A stretch of DNA of 54,031 bases, counting the filler, from Jimgerdemannia flammicorona (Eukaryota), in assembly GCA_003990765.1 (NCBI GenBank). It is 2 parts of 2 records of this genome, joined end to end, with 100 filler letters (N's around TTAATTAATTAA, not from the genome) between each part and the next. Parts side by side here need not be neighbours in the genome. Positions count along the whole stretch, not along the records: positions 1 to 26,974 come from RBNJ01000674.1; 1 more part is not named here. One strand, 5' to 3'. The notes below the pieces were generated by a model. It had not been told where the DNA came from and ran no database searches. It was given only the letters and a program-made list of their open reading frames with translations. How positions within the stretch are numbered: the first letter of the stretch is position 1; each line of letters opens with the position of its first letter. Position numbers and translations under genes: made by a program. Shown piece after piece: positions 1 to 10,500 of this stretch.

Positions 1-3000
1 TCCCCTACCCCTTCCCAATGAAAGACCACTTTGTCTAACACAATTTCCACTCTCCCTCTACTCTGCGCACAGATCCTCACTACCAAACTATGATGTTGCC
101 TACCCTGAGGACCCCAACCCACCCACTATCCAGTCAACAGATCTCCCAACAGCTCTTCCCACCAGGAAACCTTTTCTCACAACCCTATCTGCCACCCCTC
201 CTCAAATACAAAAAGCCAGTGTCCCACCAGTCCCACCTACACTGCTAATACCCACTCTATAGTGAGCCAGCTATCCCCCACTCCACCCACTAGCTGAGAC
301 CTCAAGTTCTCCCAATGGCCTCCCACCCCTGCCAGCCTCCTCCTCACACCTAATCTAGCTCCTATTTCTACCCAAAAGTCCCCCAAGACCTCACACTCTC
401 CCAGCCAATGTTCTGGCATCTGCACAATTCCCCCTTCTTGCTCTACATTATAACACTCCTCACAATCATAAAGGCCACCATCCACCAGATGCCCAGTGTG
501 AAAGTTTAACATAACATTCCTCCACAGCATTCACCACCATACCACCCAGAACTTGGGAGGAAGCCACCTCCATACCTCAGCACTCCAAGACCAGATACCT
601 GCTCAGTCCCACTCCTCGCTGATCCCTGCCACCTGCCAGCCACAGGGCCAAAGATCCTGGCCAAGACCCTGCTGACACTCCACTCCATCTCCAAAATCAA
701 ATGTTTCAAGTAGATCACTCCCCAGGAGCTAGTGCTCCTAATGAGTCAATTTAATCCGGATTGGATTCGAATCGGATTCGAATCGGATTCGAATCAACTA
801 TTGTTTTGATTTCCAAATTAGACAATTAAATGTTTATATCAATAACTTGATGAATAATCATCCAAATTTGATGATCTTGGTGTCATTTGAAAGCCCTTAA
901 TAAGGCCTATCTAATGATACCAAGAACATTGAAATCCGATCATGCGTTGCTGAGTTATGAAGGAAACCGTCTGAATCGCCGATTTTGGAAATTTCGTCAA
1001 ATGGAACGTTTTCCTTAATATCTCAGCAACACGTAATCCGATTTTAATGTTCTTGGTATCATTAGAAAGGCCTTATTAAGGGCTTTCAAATGACACCAAG
1101 ATCATCAAATTTGGATGATTATTCATCAAGTTATTGATGTAAACATATAATTGTCTAATTTGGAAATCAAAACAATGGTTGATTCGAATCCCATCCGAGT
1201 TGATCCGGATGGGATTCGAATCCATCCGAATCCCATCCGGATTGACTCGTTCGGAGCACTACCAGGAGCAGTCTATCCCATCGCCACATACCAGGCCCCC
1301 AAACCCCCTCCCCCTCATTGCCTTGCCAGTGCAGGCCAATGTGGTGTGCTCTATCTACCACCCCCCACCAAAAACCCTTAAATCGCAGCTGCTGAGTTCC
1401 ATTCAGCCCCACCAAAGAGAGCAGATCTCCAGAGGACCCTCGAGGTCCTCATCTCCCACACCTTCCTCAGCAGTAGCACTCAACCCCCTCCCTGCAATTC
1501 AGCAGCTCTCTTCAACCACCAGACTCATAAGCAATGCAGCCTCTTAGGGAAGTCCACAAGACCCAGACCTCCTCTGACCACTGGTGTAGCAAGAGTATCC
1601 CAACCTATCTGAGCTCTCTGCCCTGCCCAGATCCAATCTCTAGCCATCTTCATCAGCCTCTTCACCACCCAAGCTGAGAAATCAAGGTGATAGGCCACAT
1701 ATGTACCACAGCTTGGGGAACCAGTATACATTCAGAATTGTCACCCATCCTACCAGAGAGATATGGTGGCCTCTCTAACTTCGAAGGGCCTCCCCCCATA
1801 TAGTCACCCGGTTTTCCCACCACACTCATGGCAAGACAGAGCCATACACAGAAAGGAAGATACCCAGATACCACACTGCCACACCAGTAGAGACAATTGT
1901 TCCAATGATGTCCCCACCCACTAGCTCATTACTGAGCACCATCATCTCACACTTATACCAGTTAAGCTTCACCCCTGAGTGTACCTCATATCATTCCACT
2001 GTCTCCTTAAGTGCCTCAACATCAGCCACAGACCCAAGTCCAACCACCATGTTATCTGTAAAGGCCCCAACCTTCCACACTATGCCATAAATAGAGAGCC
2101 CCACCACCTTCCTACGAATCCTATCCATCAACAGCTCCAAATGAAAGGGCATAGAGAATAGGGGACAGAGGGTCTCCCTGAGGAACTCCTCTACCCAAGG
2201 AGAATGCCACACCTCGGTGGCCATTATACATTATTGCCGCCCAACTACTCTCTAACAGGTTCAATATAGATGCCCGAAATCTTGGAGGAACACCTATTCA
2301 ATCCAACACCTTGCTCAGCCAGACCCGCCGTATACAGTCATAAGCCTTCTCCTTGTCCAAAAAGACCAACCTTCCATTCAGTCCACAAGCCCGGGCCCCT
2401 TCAATAACACCATGCACCCATGCAGTTCCATCTCAGATAAGTCTGCCCCCAACAAAGCCCTGCTGCTCCTCCCCCAGTACCTGTTGGGCAACTTTCTGCA
2501 GCCTTGCAATAATCACCTTAGTTACTATCTTCCTGTCCATATCCAGAAGCATGATTGGCCTCCAGTTCTTCCAGTCTTCTCTCCTCCCCTTGTCTTTGTA
2601 CAATAAGGCCACCAGCCCAAGGTCCTGCTCTCCAACCCACTCACCACTCTGAAGAACATAGTTACAGAGAGCAGTCATCTCACCCAAGACACTAGGGACC
2701 TTTACCATCATCTTCCAGAAGTCCCATGGTAACCCATCCTCCCCAGGTGCTGTTCCAAGCTTTGTTGCCACAAGGATACTCTGGATCTCCTCTCCTTGCA
2801 CTGGTAGAATCAAGTCCCCCAGACCATCTACTCATGGTGGCTCCCACTCCTCTAGTGTTTCAGCAATTGCTGCCCCATCAGTCCCCCCTTCCCCTTTACT
2901 CCACAAACCCTTCTATCTCTTTTTCAAAACCCCCAAGATTTGTTGTGTGCCATGCACCATGTCCCCATTGGCATCCAAGATCCCATCCCACCAATGTCAC

Positions 3001-4173
3001 ACCCTCCTGGCATTAAGGAGTCTTGATAAGTACCTAGTAGGCCACTCATCCTCCTCAAGCCCTTACCACCATAGCCTAGCAGCCATTCCATACATATGAG
3101 TCTCCTCCTCTTCCCTCAATACCTATTGCAGTTCCACTATCTCCAATTTAGCCTGCTCTATTCTCCAATCCTCCACTCCATCAGTAGTAAGCAAATCCAC
3201 CCAATCCATTTGCAGTCTCCTCAATCGGCTGGAAGCATACCTCATGTACTCCCCCCTCTGCCTCCCAGCATCTCTACCTGCTCTCCCCCAATAGACCCTC
3301 ACCGCCTCTTTCAATCTTATCCAACAGACACCTACAGATAGACCCTCACACCTCCAGACAAGAAGCTTCGCCTGAATGCCCTCCACCCATGAGTCCCACA
3401 ACCCCTTCTCAGCCAGCAGGGAGGAGTTAAGGCACCAATGTCCGGGTCCATCTCCACTCCCCCCAAACTGCCCCTACCCCAACAGTCCCCAGTGATCAGA
3501 CCAAGGGCACCACTCTACCTCCAACATCTTCCAAACATCAGAACCCCAACACTCTGCCATCAGAATCTAATCAATCCTCATACCCAAGCCATTCACCCAG
3601 TGTGTGTAGACCCTGGCATTGCCCCAACATGTTCTGTCCATATCTCCTAAGAAGCTCAACTTCTCCACCTCCTCCCACACTTCCAGACCTCCACTTCTCC
3701 TCCCTGCACTCCTCCCTCCATCAGTTCTGTCCAGATGCTGATCCCGAACCCATATTAAAGTCTCCACCGAGAACATTGACCCCTTCTTCCAAGAGAATAC
3801 CCTCCTCCAGCAGCTCCTTGATCCACACAATCCTCTCACCCCTAACTACAGGGCAGTAGCAGGAGTCAACTCTTACTGACTCCCACCCTGGCTGCCGTCA
3901 ATCTCCCCAGACCAAGCAATCACCCCAGTTTCTGATTCCCTCCAAGTCTCCCCTACCCTTCCTCACCAGAATCGCCACTTTACCAAACCAAGCAGTAGCC
4001 CCACCCCATTCCCTAGTCCACTCCACTCAATCATCCTCATCCTCACATCTAACATCCTGTAGTAAGAAGAGATCAGCCTCCAATTCCTTGAGCTAAGTAA
4101 AAATGTTCTTATACTACCCAGATCCCCTCAGCCCATTCACATTCAAAGAGAAAATATTAGTTATACTGTTCAT
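1..4173 (-). pseudogene. LINE ORF2 (APE endonuclease + reverse transcriptase + zinc finger), disrupted
   Basis: ATG at 4173 (MNSITNIFSLNVNG). ORF fragments 2433..2813, 1991..2224 and 237..530 carry RT or zinc-finger motifs but are separated by stops, frameshifts and a MITE insertion. Confidence 0.9.
730..1261. mobile_element. Non-autonomous hAT-type MITE, near-fully palindromic, 532 bp
   Basis: Begins TAGTGCTCC and ends GGAGCACTA. Exact 8-bp TSD CCAGGAGC at 722-729 and 1262-1269. Arms of roughly 240 bp are inverted copies. TAG termini with an 8-bp TSD are typical of hAT. Confidence 0.9.
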
Positions 4174-4204
4174 AAGAAATAATGTTAAATATCGATTCCA
4201 TCCT

Positions 4205-6238
4205 CTACAAGTCCACATTCTGCCCCTCCTGCACCAAGTCTAAGACATGTTCAGCAGCTAGTTCCCTTTCCCCAGCTTTCCATGCCTCCAACCCTTCCAG
4301 AAGTTCTACCATTGCCCCATCTTCCCTCTCTTCAAAGTCCTCATGATACTTCAGACAGGCCTCTCTCCAGAGCTGCAAACCATGATACTCAGCCCAACAG
4401 TAGGCTACCCTCTCATCTGCAACCACCCTCAGCTCCACTTTCCTCACCTCATCAATCTCATACCCCTCCTCCTCCAGGAAGATCACAAGAATTTCTGCCC
4501 CCAGTCCTCCCACCACTCCATCTCTGTGCAGCATCTGCACCCAATGCTCATCAGGCATTGCCCTCAGGTCTACTTCTCTCAGAGCCTCAGCCACAAGGTT
4601 GTCCATCACCTTGCTTATCCACAGCAAGTTTCCCACCTCCTTCCCACCTGGAGTCCCTGGCCATCCTGCATCCAACATCATGGTGTCAGCACCCACACTG
4701 GCAGCCTCATCCCACTCCTCCTCAGGGACATCCACCAGCTCATCCTTGCAAACTGCCACCACCTGGCCCCCTTTCGCCACATCAGGGACCCCAAATCGCA
4801 CTCTCTGGGCCCCCTTCATCAGTACATCCTCTGTCATCCTTCTCTTCACAGCCAGGCCCCTCCTGATAAGAGGGGGGGGGGTGGCATCCAATTCCTGCTC
4901 CCAGACCTCAAAAGTGCCATTGGTATAGGGGTCCTTGCTCGGCACCTTCCCAGCTCCTTCCTTTCCTGCCTCCATCTCCCCCTCTTCTTTACCAGCCCAG
5001 ACACTGGCTTCGATGCCCCCAGTCACCTCGGCCCCCTCTGCCTTCTTCTTCACCTCTATGCTCATACTTGCCAAAAGCTCCCTCTGCCTCCTGCACCCCT
5101 GTGCCTGCTCCCACTGCTTCTTGTCTATGCAGATCCTCTTCCCCTCCACAACCTCCAGATGTGTCGTCTCCTCAAAGAGCTTCCAGGCCTTTGCCCTCTG
5201 CTCTACTACACCACTCAACTCCTCCAGTGCTTCCAACAAGTCCTCCTCCTCCTCTTCACTCCCCTTCACCCTTGACACCCTACAGACAACAGCCCCCCAC
5301 ATCAGTACTGAAGACCAGTCAGTCACCTTTCCAGTGGCCTCCTTCTCTGCCAGCCTAATCCTGACATCCACATCACCTGTCCTGATTGCTGTCCCCTCCC
5401 AAACCTGAAATCCGATATCCACCATGTTGCCATACTCTGCCACCACCTCCTCAACCCTCCTCCTAGTCTCAACCTTCATCACTGTAGGTACTCCTTTGAC
5501 TAGCAACTGTACTACCCTGGGGTCCCATCTAAGGCAGTGCACCATAGGGACCACTACTTTACCAACCACCACTCTAGTCTTCATTGCTTCATCCAGTGGG
5601 CCCACCTCCTCAAAGCCCACCTCTACACCCTCCAGCCCCTTCAGAAACTTCACCAAGGCCACCCTAGCCCCCTGCTGCGAGATAAGTCCCAGGACCATCC
5701 TGGCCATCACCACTAAGCCCCGGAAGCACAAGGTAGCTGCAAACTCCAAAACTGACTTCTTGAGTAATGGTGCCACCATCAGCCCCATCACACCATTGGC
5801 CAGGTCTCCCTTCCGAATTAGTAGCCCCAGCCCCACTCTACCATCAGCCATCACATCTCTTTTTTTTTCCTGATTCACCATCATGCCACCATCAGTAGTC
5901 CTGCCACTACCCCCAGCAGCTACTCTACTTCCTCCACCTCCCACTGGCAAAGGCCCAGCTCTACCAGCATTCCCAGCCTTCTTCTTCCCCTTCCCACCTG
6001 CCTGTCCACTGCAGGCTCCCATCAGCCATCCCCCAGTCTGCAATGTATCCACAAAGCTCCTTCCCTGCTGCCCTCCAGCCCCCCCACCAGTGCCTCCTCC
6101 ACTGCCTGAGCTGCCCTGCCCACTTGAGCCACCAAAAGACCCCATCCCCAGTCTATACCCTCTCCCAACATGTTGCCAGTTGAAGGCCCCAGGTCTGCCT
6201 GACCTAGTATGCATGTTGGCTTGCTTGCTGGTTGACAT
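4205..6238 (-). CDS. LINE ORF1 protein, open frame of about 677 aa from the ATG at 6238
   Basis: Uninterrupted ORF (track 4205..6259) immediately upstream of ORF2. Gly-rich N-terminus, RRM-like segment (LLVKGVP...AEYGNMVDI...RTGDVDVRIRL). Homologous broken ORFs in the other copies. Confidence 0.85.
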   Translation of the reverse strand: MSTSKQANMHTRSGRPGAFNWQHVGRGYRLGMGSFGGSSGQGSSGSGGGTGGGAGGQQGRSFVDTLQTGGWLMGACSGQAGGKGKKKAGNAGRAGPLPVGGGGSRVAAGGSGRTTDGGMMVNQEKKRDVMADGRVGLGLLIRKGDLANGVMGLMVAPLLKKSVLEFAATLCFRGLVVMARMVLGLISQQGARVALVKFLKGLEGVEVGFEEVGPLDEAMKTRVVVGKVVVPMVHCLRWDPRVVQLLVKGVPTVMKVETRRRVEEVVAEYGNMVDIGFQVWEGTAIRTGDVDVRIRLAEKEATGKVTDWSSVLMWGAVVCRVSRVKGSEEEEEDLLEALEELSGVVEQRAKAWKLFEETTHLEVVEGKRICIDKKQWEQAQGCRRQRELLASMSIEVKKKAEGAEVTGGIEASVWAGKEEGEMEAGKEGAGKVPSKDPYTNGTFEVWEQELDATPPPLIRRGLAVKRRMTEDVLMKGAQRVRFGVPDVAKGGQVVAVCKDELVDVPEEEWDEAASVGADTMMLDAGWPGTPGGKEVGNLLWISKVMDNLVAEALREVDLRAMPDEHWVQMLHRDGVVGGLGAEILVIFLEEEGYEIDEVRKVELRVVADERVAYCWAEYHGLQLWREACLKYHEDFEEREDGAMVELLEGLEAWKAGERELAAEHVLDLVQEGQNVDL

Positions 6239-6320
6239 TGCCTTAGTATCTCTCTCCAATAAATGATGTGAAAGTGGGTCGTAAAAGTGTGTGTAATGTG
6301 AATTGTAGCGGAGAAAGATG

Positions 6321-7569
6321 ACAATGGATATTTACAAACTAATAGCAATCTTATCCTTTATTTGTTCTTAGTATTATTGCTGGTTATTTATACTATAGTA
6401 GAGTTATCTTTATGAAATATCTCAGAATATTTATACTTTTCTTTATCAGAGATATAACTCTCTTTTGGAAATTTTATTAATATTTTCATTATACTATATA
6501 TCTATATCAGACTACTACTTCTTCTATATTTAACAGAAGATTATCTTCTTTTTCTTAGGTAGTATTATATTTAGAATAACTTTTCTATTTTATAAGGTAG
6601 TACTAGGTAGGCTTAGTGGCTTGTCTGAATTATCAGTTTTTATAATTTAAGATATAATTAATATTATATTCTAGTTCTTAATTAATGATAATCAGATTTA
6701 AAGATAGTATAGTTCTTCTTTTGAAGATATTTTTAGTATATAGCTGAAGTTGAGATATATGAAATACTGGGTAGATTTTTTCTAGAGTTATCAGAAGGTT
6801 CAACTTATATACAATAGGACCATACTTCTCTATGATCTCAAATAGTCTAATATAGTAAAGTCCAAGTTTCTTTTTAGTTCTATATTGTTCAGAATCAGAT
6901 ACTATATACTGAGTAATACCTATTTATCTTTTTTGTAGATAACTTCTCTTTTATTTTTATCAGTATATAATACTTATACTCTTTATAATTTTATGAGAGT
7001 ATTATATATGTACTAGATATTACCTTGTATAGTATTAGTAATTTTTAATATAACTAATACTATAGCTCATATATATAATAATTATAGATATTTAGAGATA
7101 TTATCTATAGTTCATATAGAATGAAGTTATTTTTATACTTATGTTTATATTGTTATTATATATATATAAATTTGAATAAAGTTAGTTATTCATCTCAATT
7201 ATCTGCTTATAACTAATAGATACTAAGTATCTACTTTAGAGTTTAATTAATTTGTTCTGTTTGACTATTTGTTTATAGATAATAGACAGTAGATATCTTG
7301 AGTTATACTCTTAGTCCTCTAAAGAGCACCCACCAGAAGTTACTTATAAATTTCACATCTTTAGTAGAGAAAATTATTATTAGAAACTTATAAAGATAGA
7401 ATAAATTATCAATAAACAACTGTACTATTTCTGGAGCTATTACAATAGTAATTATTATAATAAAATAAGTCTGCTTACTAAGATAATTGATAAAGATAAT
7501 GATCACATCTCTTCCCTTCTTGGCTTTTGGTAGCTGGATAATTAGTCCATTTTAATGTGATCTCAATTT
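6321..7569 (-). mobile_element. Degenerate Ty3/Gypsy pol, integrase region (continues 13491-15867, split by LINE copy 2)
   Basis: Minus-strand translation near 7220-7340 reads FTSNFWW-like then LKISTVYYL*TNSQTEQIN*TLK, a transition-eroded form of the Gypsy integrase consensus STAYHPQTDGQTERxNQTLE. Confidence 0.75.
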
Positions 7570-7584
7570 TAGGTAGAAATTGAT

Positions 7585-10500
7585 TTTTTTTTTTTTTTTT
7601 TATAGTCACTTGGACTTTCTTTATTACCTCATTAACCCCTGTCTATCCTTTATAAATAATACAGTGCCCACCCCTACCTGATCCTCCTAGGGCCCTCCTC
7701 TCCCCCCTCCCCCTCCCTACTCTTTTTCAATGAAAGACCACTTTGTCTAACATTATCTCCACCTGTCCACCACTCTGTTTACAGATCCTTTCCACCAGGC
7801 AGTGACATCGCCCACCCTGGGGACCCCAGCCAATCCACCACCCTATCAGCAGATCTCCCAACAACCCCTCCCACCTTAACAACTTCTTCTGTATACCTAA
7901 CTGTCACCCTTCCTCAAAAACAAAGAGCCAATGTCCAGCCAACCCTACCCACACTGCTATAATCCACCCTACAGTGAGCCACCCATTGCTGACACCTCCC
8001 ACTAATCAAGATTTCAAATCCTCCCAGCGACCTCTCACTCTATCTAGCCATCTCTCCATGTCCAGCCAGTCCCCTATAGCTATCCAAAAATCCCCCAAAA
8101 CCTCACACTCTCCCAGCCAATGTTCTGGTGTTTGTACAAATCCCCCAGCTTGTCCTATATTATAACACTCCTCACAATCCAGGCAGCCACCATCCACCAG
8201 ATGTCCAGTATGAAAATTCAGCATGACATTCCTCCACAGTATCTGCCACCATACTACCCAGAACTTGGGAGGAAGCCACCTCTGTACCTCAGTACTCTAA
8301 GTCCAGATTCCTGCCTAATCCCACTCCTTACCAATCCTCATTGCCTGCCAACTACTTGGCCAAAGATCCTGGCCAAGCCCTTGCTGACACTCCACACTAT
8401 CACCAAATTCAAAATTAACAAGTGGAGCCCCCCCCAGAAGCAGTCAGTCCCATTGCTACATAGCTGGGCCCTATACCATCTCTCCCTCATTGCCTTGCCA
8501 GTACAGGCCTATCCAGTGTACTCCATCTACTACCCCCCACCAGAAGCCCTTATACTATAGTCATTGGCTTCCATTTAGATCCACCAGAGAGAGCAAATCT
8601 CCTGAGGACCCTCAAGAAGAGAATCTCATCTCCCACACCTTCTGCATCAGTAGTACCCAACCTCCTCTCTGTAGTTCAACAGCCCTTTTCAACCACCAAG
8701 CTCACAGGCAGTATAGCTGCTTAGGGAAATCCATCAGGCCTAGTCCTCCCCTAATCACTGGCATCACAAGGGTATCCCAACTGATCTGAGACCTCCTCCT
8801 TGCCCAAATCCAATCCCTAGCCAGTTTCATCAGCCTCTTCACTACCTAGGCTAGAAAGTCTAAGTGATAGGCTACATATCATAGCTTGGGGAACCAGTAG
8901 ACATTCAGAATTGATACCTGCCCTGTCAGAGAGATGTGATGACCCCCCCAACTTCTAAGAGCCTCCCCCCAAATGGCCACCCTCCTCTCCCACCAGACTC
9001 GCAGCAAAACAGATCTATATACAGAAAGGAAGATGCCCAGGTACCACACTACCTCTCCTGTGGGGACAATTGTTCCAATGACATCCCCTTCCATCAGTCC
9101 ATTCCCCAACACCATTGCCTCACACTTATGCCAGTTGAGTCTCACTCCAGAGTGTGTCTCATACCATTCTACTGTTTTCTTAAGTGTCTCTATGTCTACC
9201 ACTAATCCAAGTCCAACTACTATATTATCTGCAAAGGCCCCCACCTTCCACACCACACCATACATAGAGAGTCCTACCACTCTCCATCATATCCTATTCA
9301 TCAAAGGTTCCAATAAAAGGGTATAAAGGATAGGAGACAGTGGGTCTCCTTATAGAACTCCTCTTTCTAATGGAAATGCCAAACCTCTGTGACCGTTACA
9401 CATCAGCACTACTCTACTATTCTTCAATAAATTCAACATAGAGGCCCAAAACCATGGTGGAACACCAATTTTGTCCAGCACCTTGCCCACCAAACATAGT
9501 TATAGGCCTTCTCCTGGTCCAAAAAGACTAGCCTACTATCTAATCTGCAAGCCTGGGCTCCCTCGATGATGCCATGCATCCAATCTCTTATAAACCTGCC
9601 TCCTACAAAACCCCACTGCTTCTTACCCAGCACCTATTGGGCAACTTTCAGTAGCTTTGCAATAACCACCTTAGTCACCAACTTCCTGTCTATATTCAGA
9701 AGTATGATCAGCCTCCAGTTCTTCCAATCCTCCTGCCTCCTCTTGTCTTTATACAATAAGGCCACCAGCCCCAAGTCCTGCTCTCCAACTCACTTACCAT
9801 CTAGAAGAACTTGGTCACAGAGAGAAGCCATCTCTCCTAACACTCCAGGAACCTTTGCCATCTTCTTCCAGAAGTCCCAAGGTAGCCCATCCTCCCCAGG
9901 TGCTGTCCCAAGCTTAGTTGCCACAAGAACTTGCTGGATCTCCTCCTCTTGGACCAGTAAGATCAAGTCACCAAGCCCCTCAACTTGCAGCAGCTCCCAC
10001 TCCTCCAGTGCATCTTCAATCACCTTCTCATCAGTATCCCCTACCTCCTTACTCCACAGACCCTGTCACCTCTCCTTCAACACCCCCAATATCTGTTGTA
10101 TACTATGCACTATATCCCCCTCAGTATCCAAGACCCCATCTCATCAATGTTGTACCCTCCTAGCTTTGAGGAGCCTAGACAAGTACCTAGTAGGCTGCTC
10201 TCTCTCCTCAAGTCCCTGCCATCGTAGCCTAGCAGCTATCTCTTTCATATAAGTCTCCTTCTCATCTCTCAATATCTGTTGCAACTCCATCACCTCTAAT
10301 TTTTCTTTTTCCAACTGCCAATCTTCCACCTCTGTAGAAGAAAGCAAATCTGTCCACTCTAACTATAACCTCATCAGTCTATTAGAAGTACACCTAACTT
10401 ACTTCCTTCTCTGCTACCCAGCCTCTCTACCAGCCTCTCTCTAATAAACCCTTGCAGCTTCCTTCAACCTCATCCAACAGATGCCCACAGACAAACCCTC

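Larger units (their letters stand above)
1..6320 (-). mobile_element. L1/Tx1-like LINE retrotransposon, copy 1 (5' end present, 3' end outside the window)
   Basis: ORF1 followed by a decayed ORF2 with APE endonuclease motifs (SLNVNG, LFLLQD), RT motifs (APGEDG, KNWRPIMLLDMDRKI, AFTDN) and a C-terminal CxxC...EHWLGEC zinc-finger motif. Collinear with copies 2 and 3. 5' tip reads CATCTTTCTCCGCTAC on the minus strand. Confidence 0.95.

Noticed and set aside
1151..1547. ORFs overlapping the MITE end as a transposase fragment
   Set aside because: They translate subterminal repeats and antisense LINE sequence; no transposase motifs.
4282..6266. Long Pro/Ser/Thr/Leu-rich plus-strand ORFs (also 12268..12981 and 19429..20316)
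   Set aside because: Antisense shadows of the purine-rich LINE ORF1 strand; low complexity, no domain motifs.
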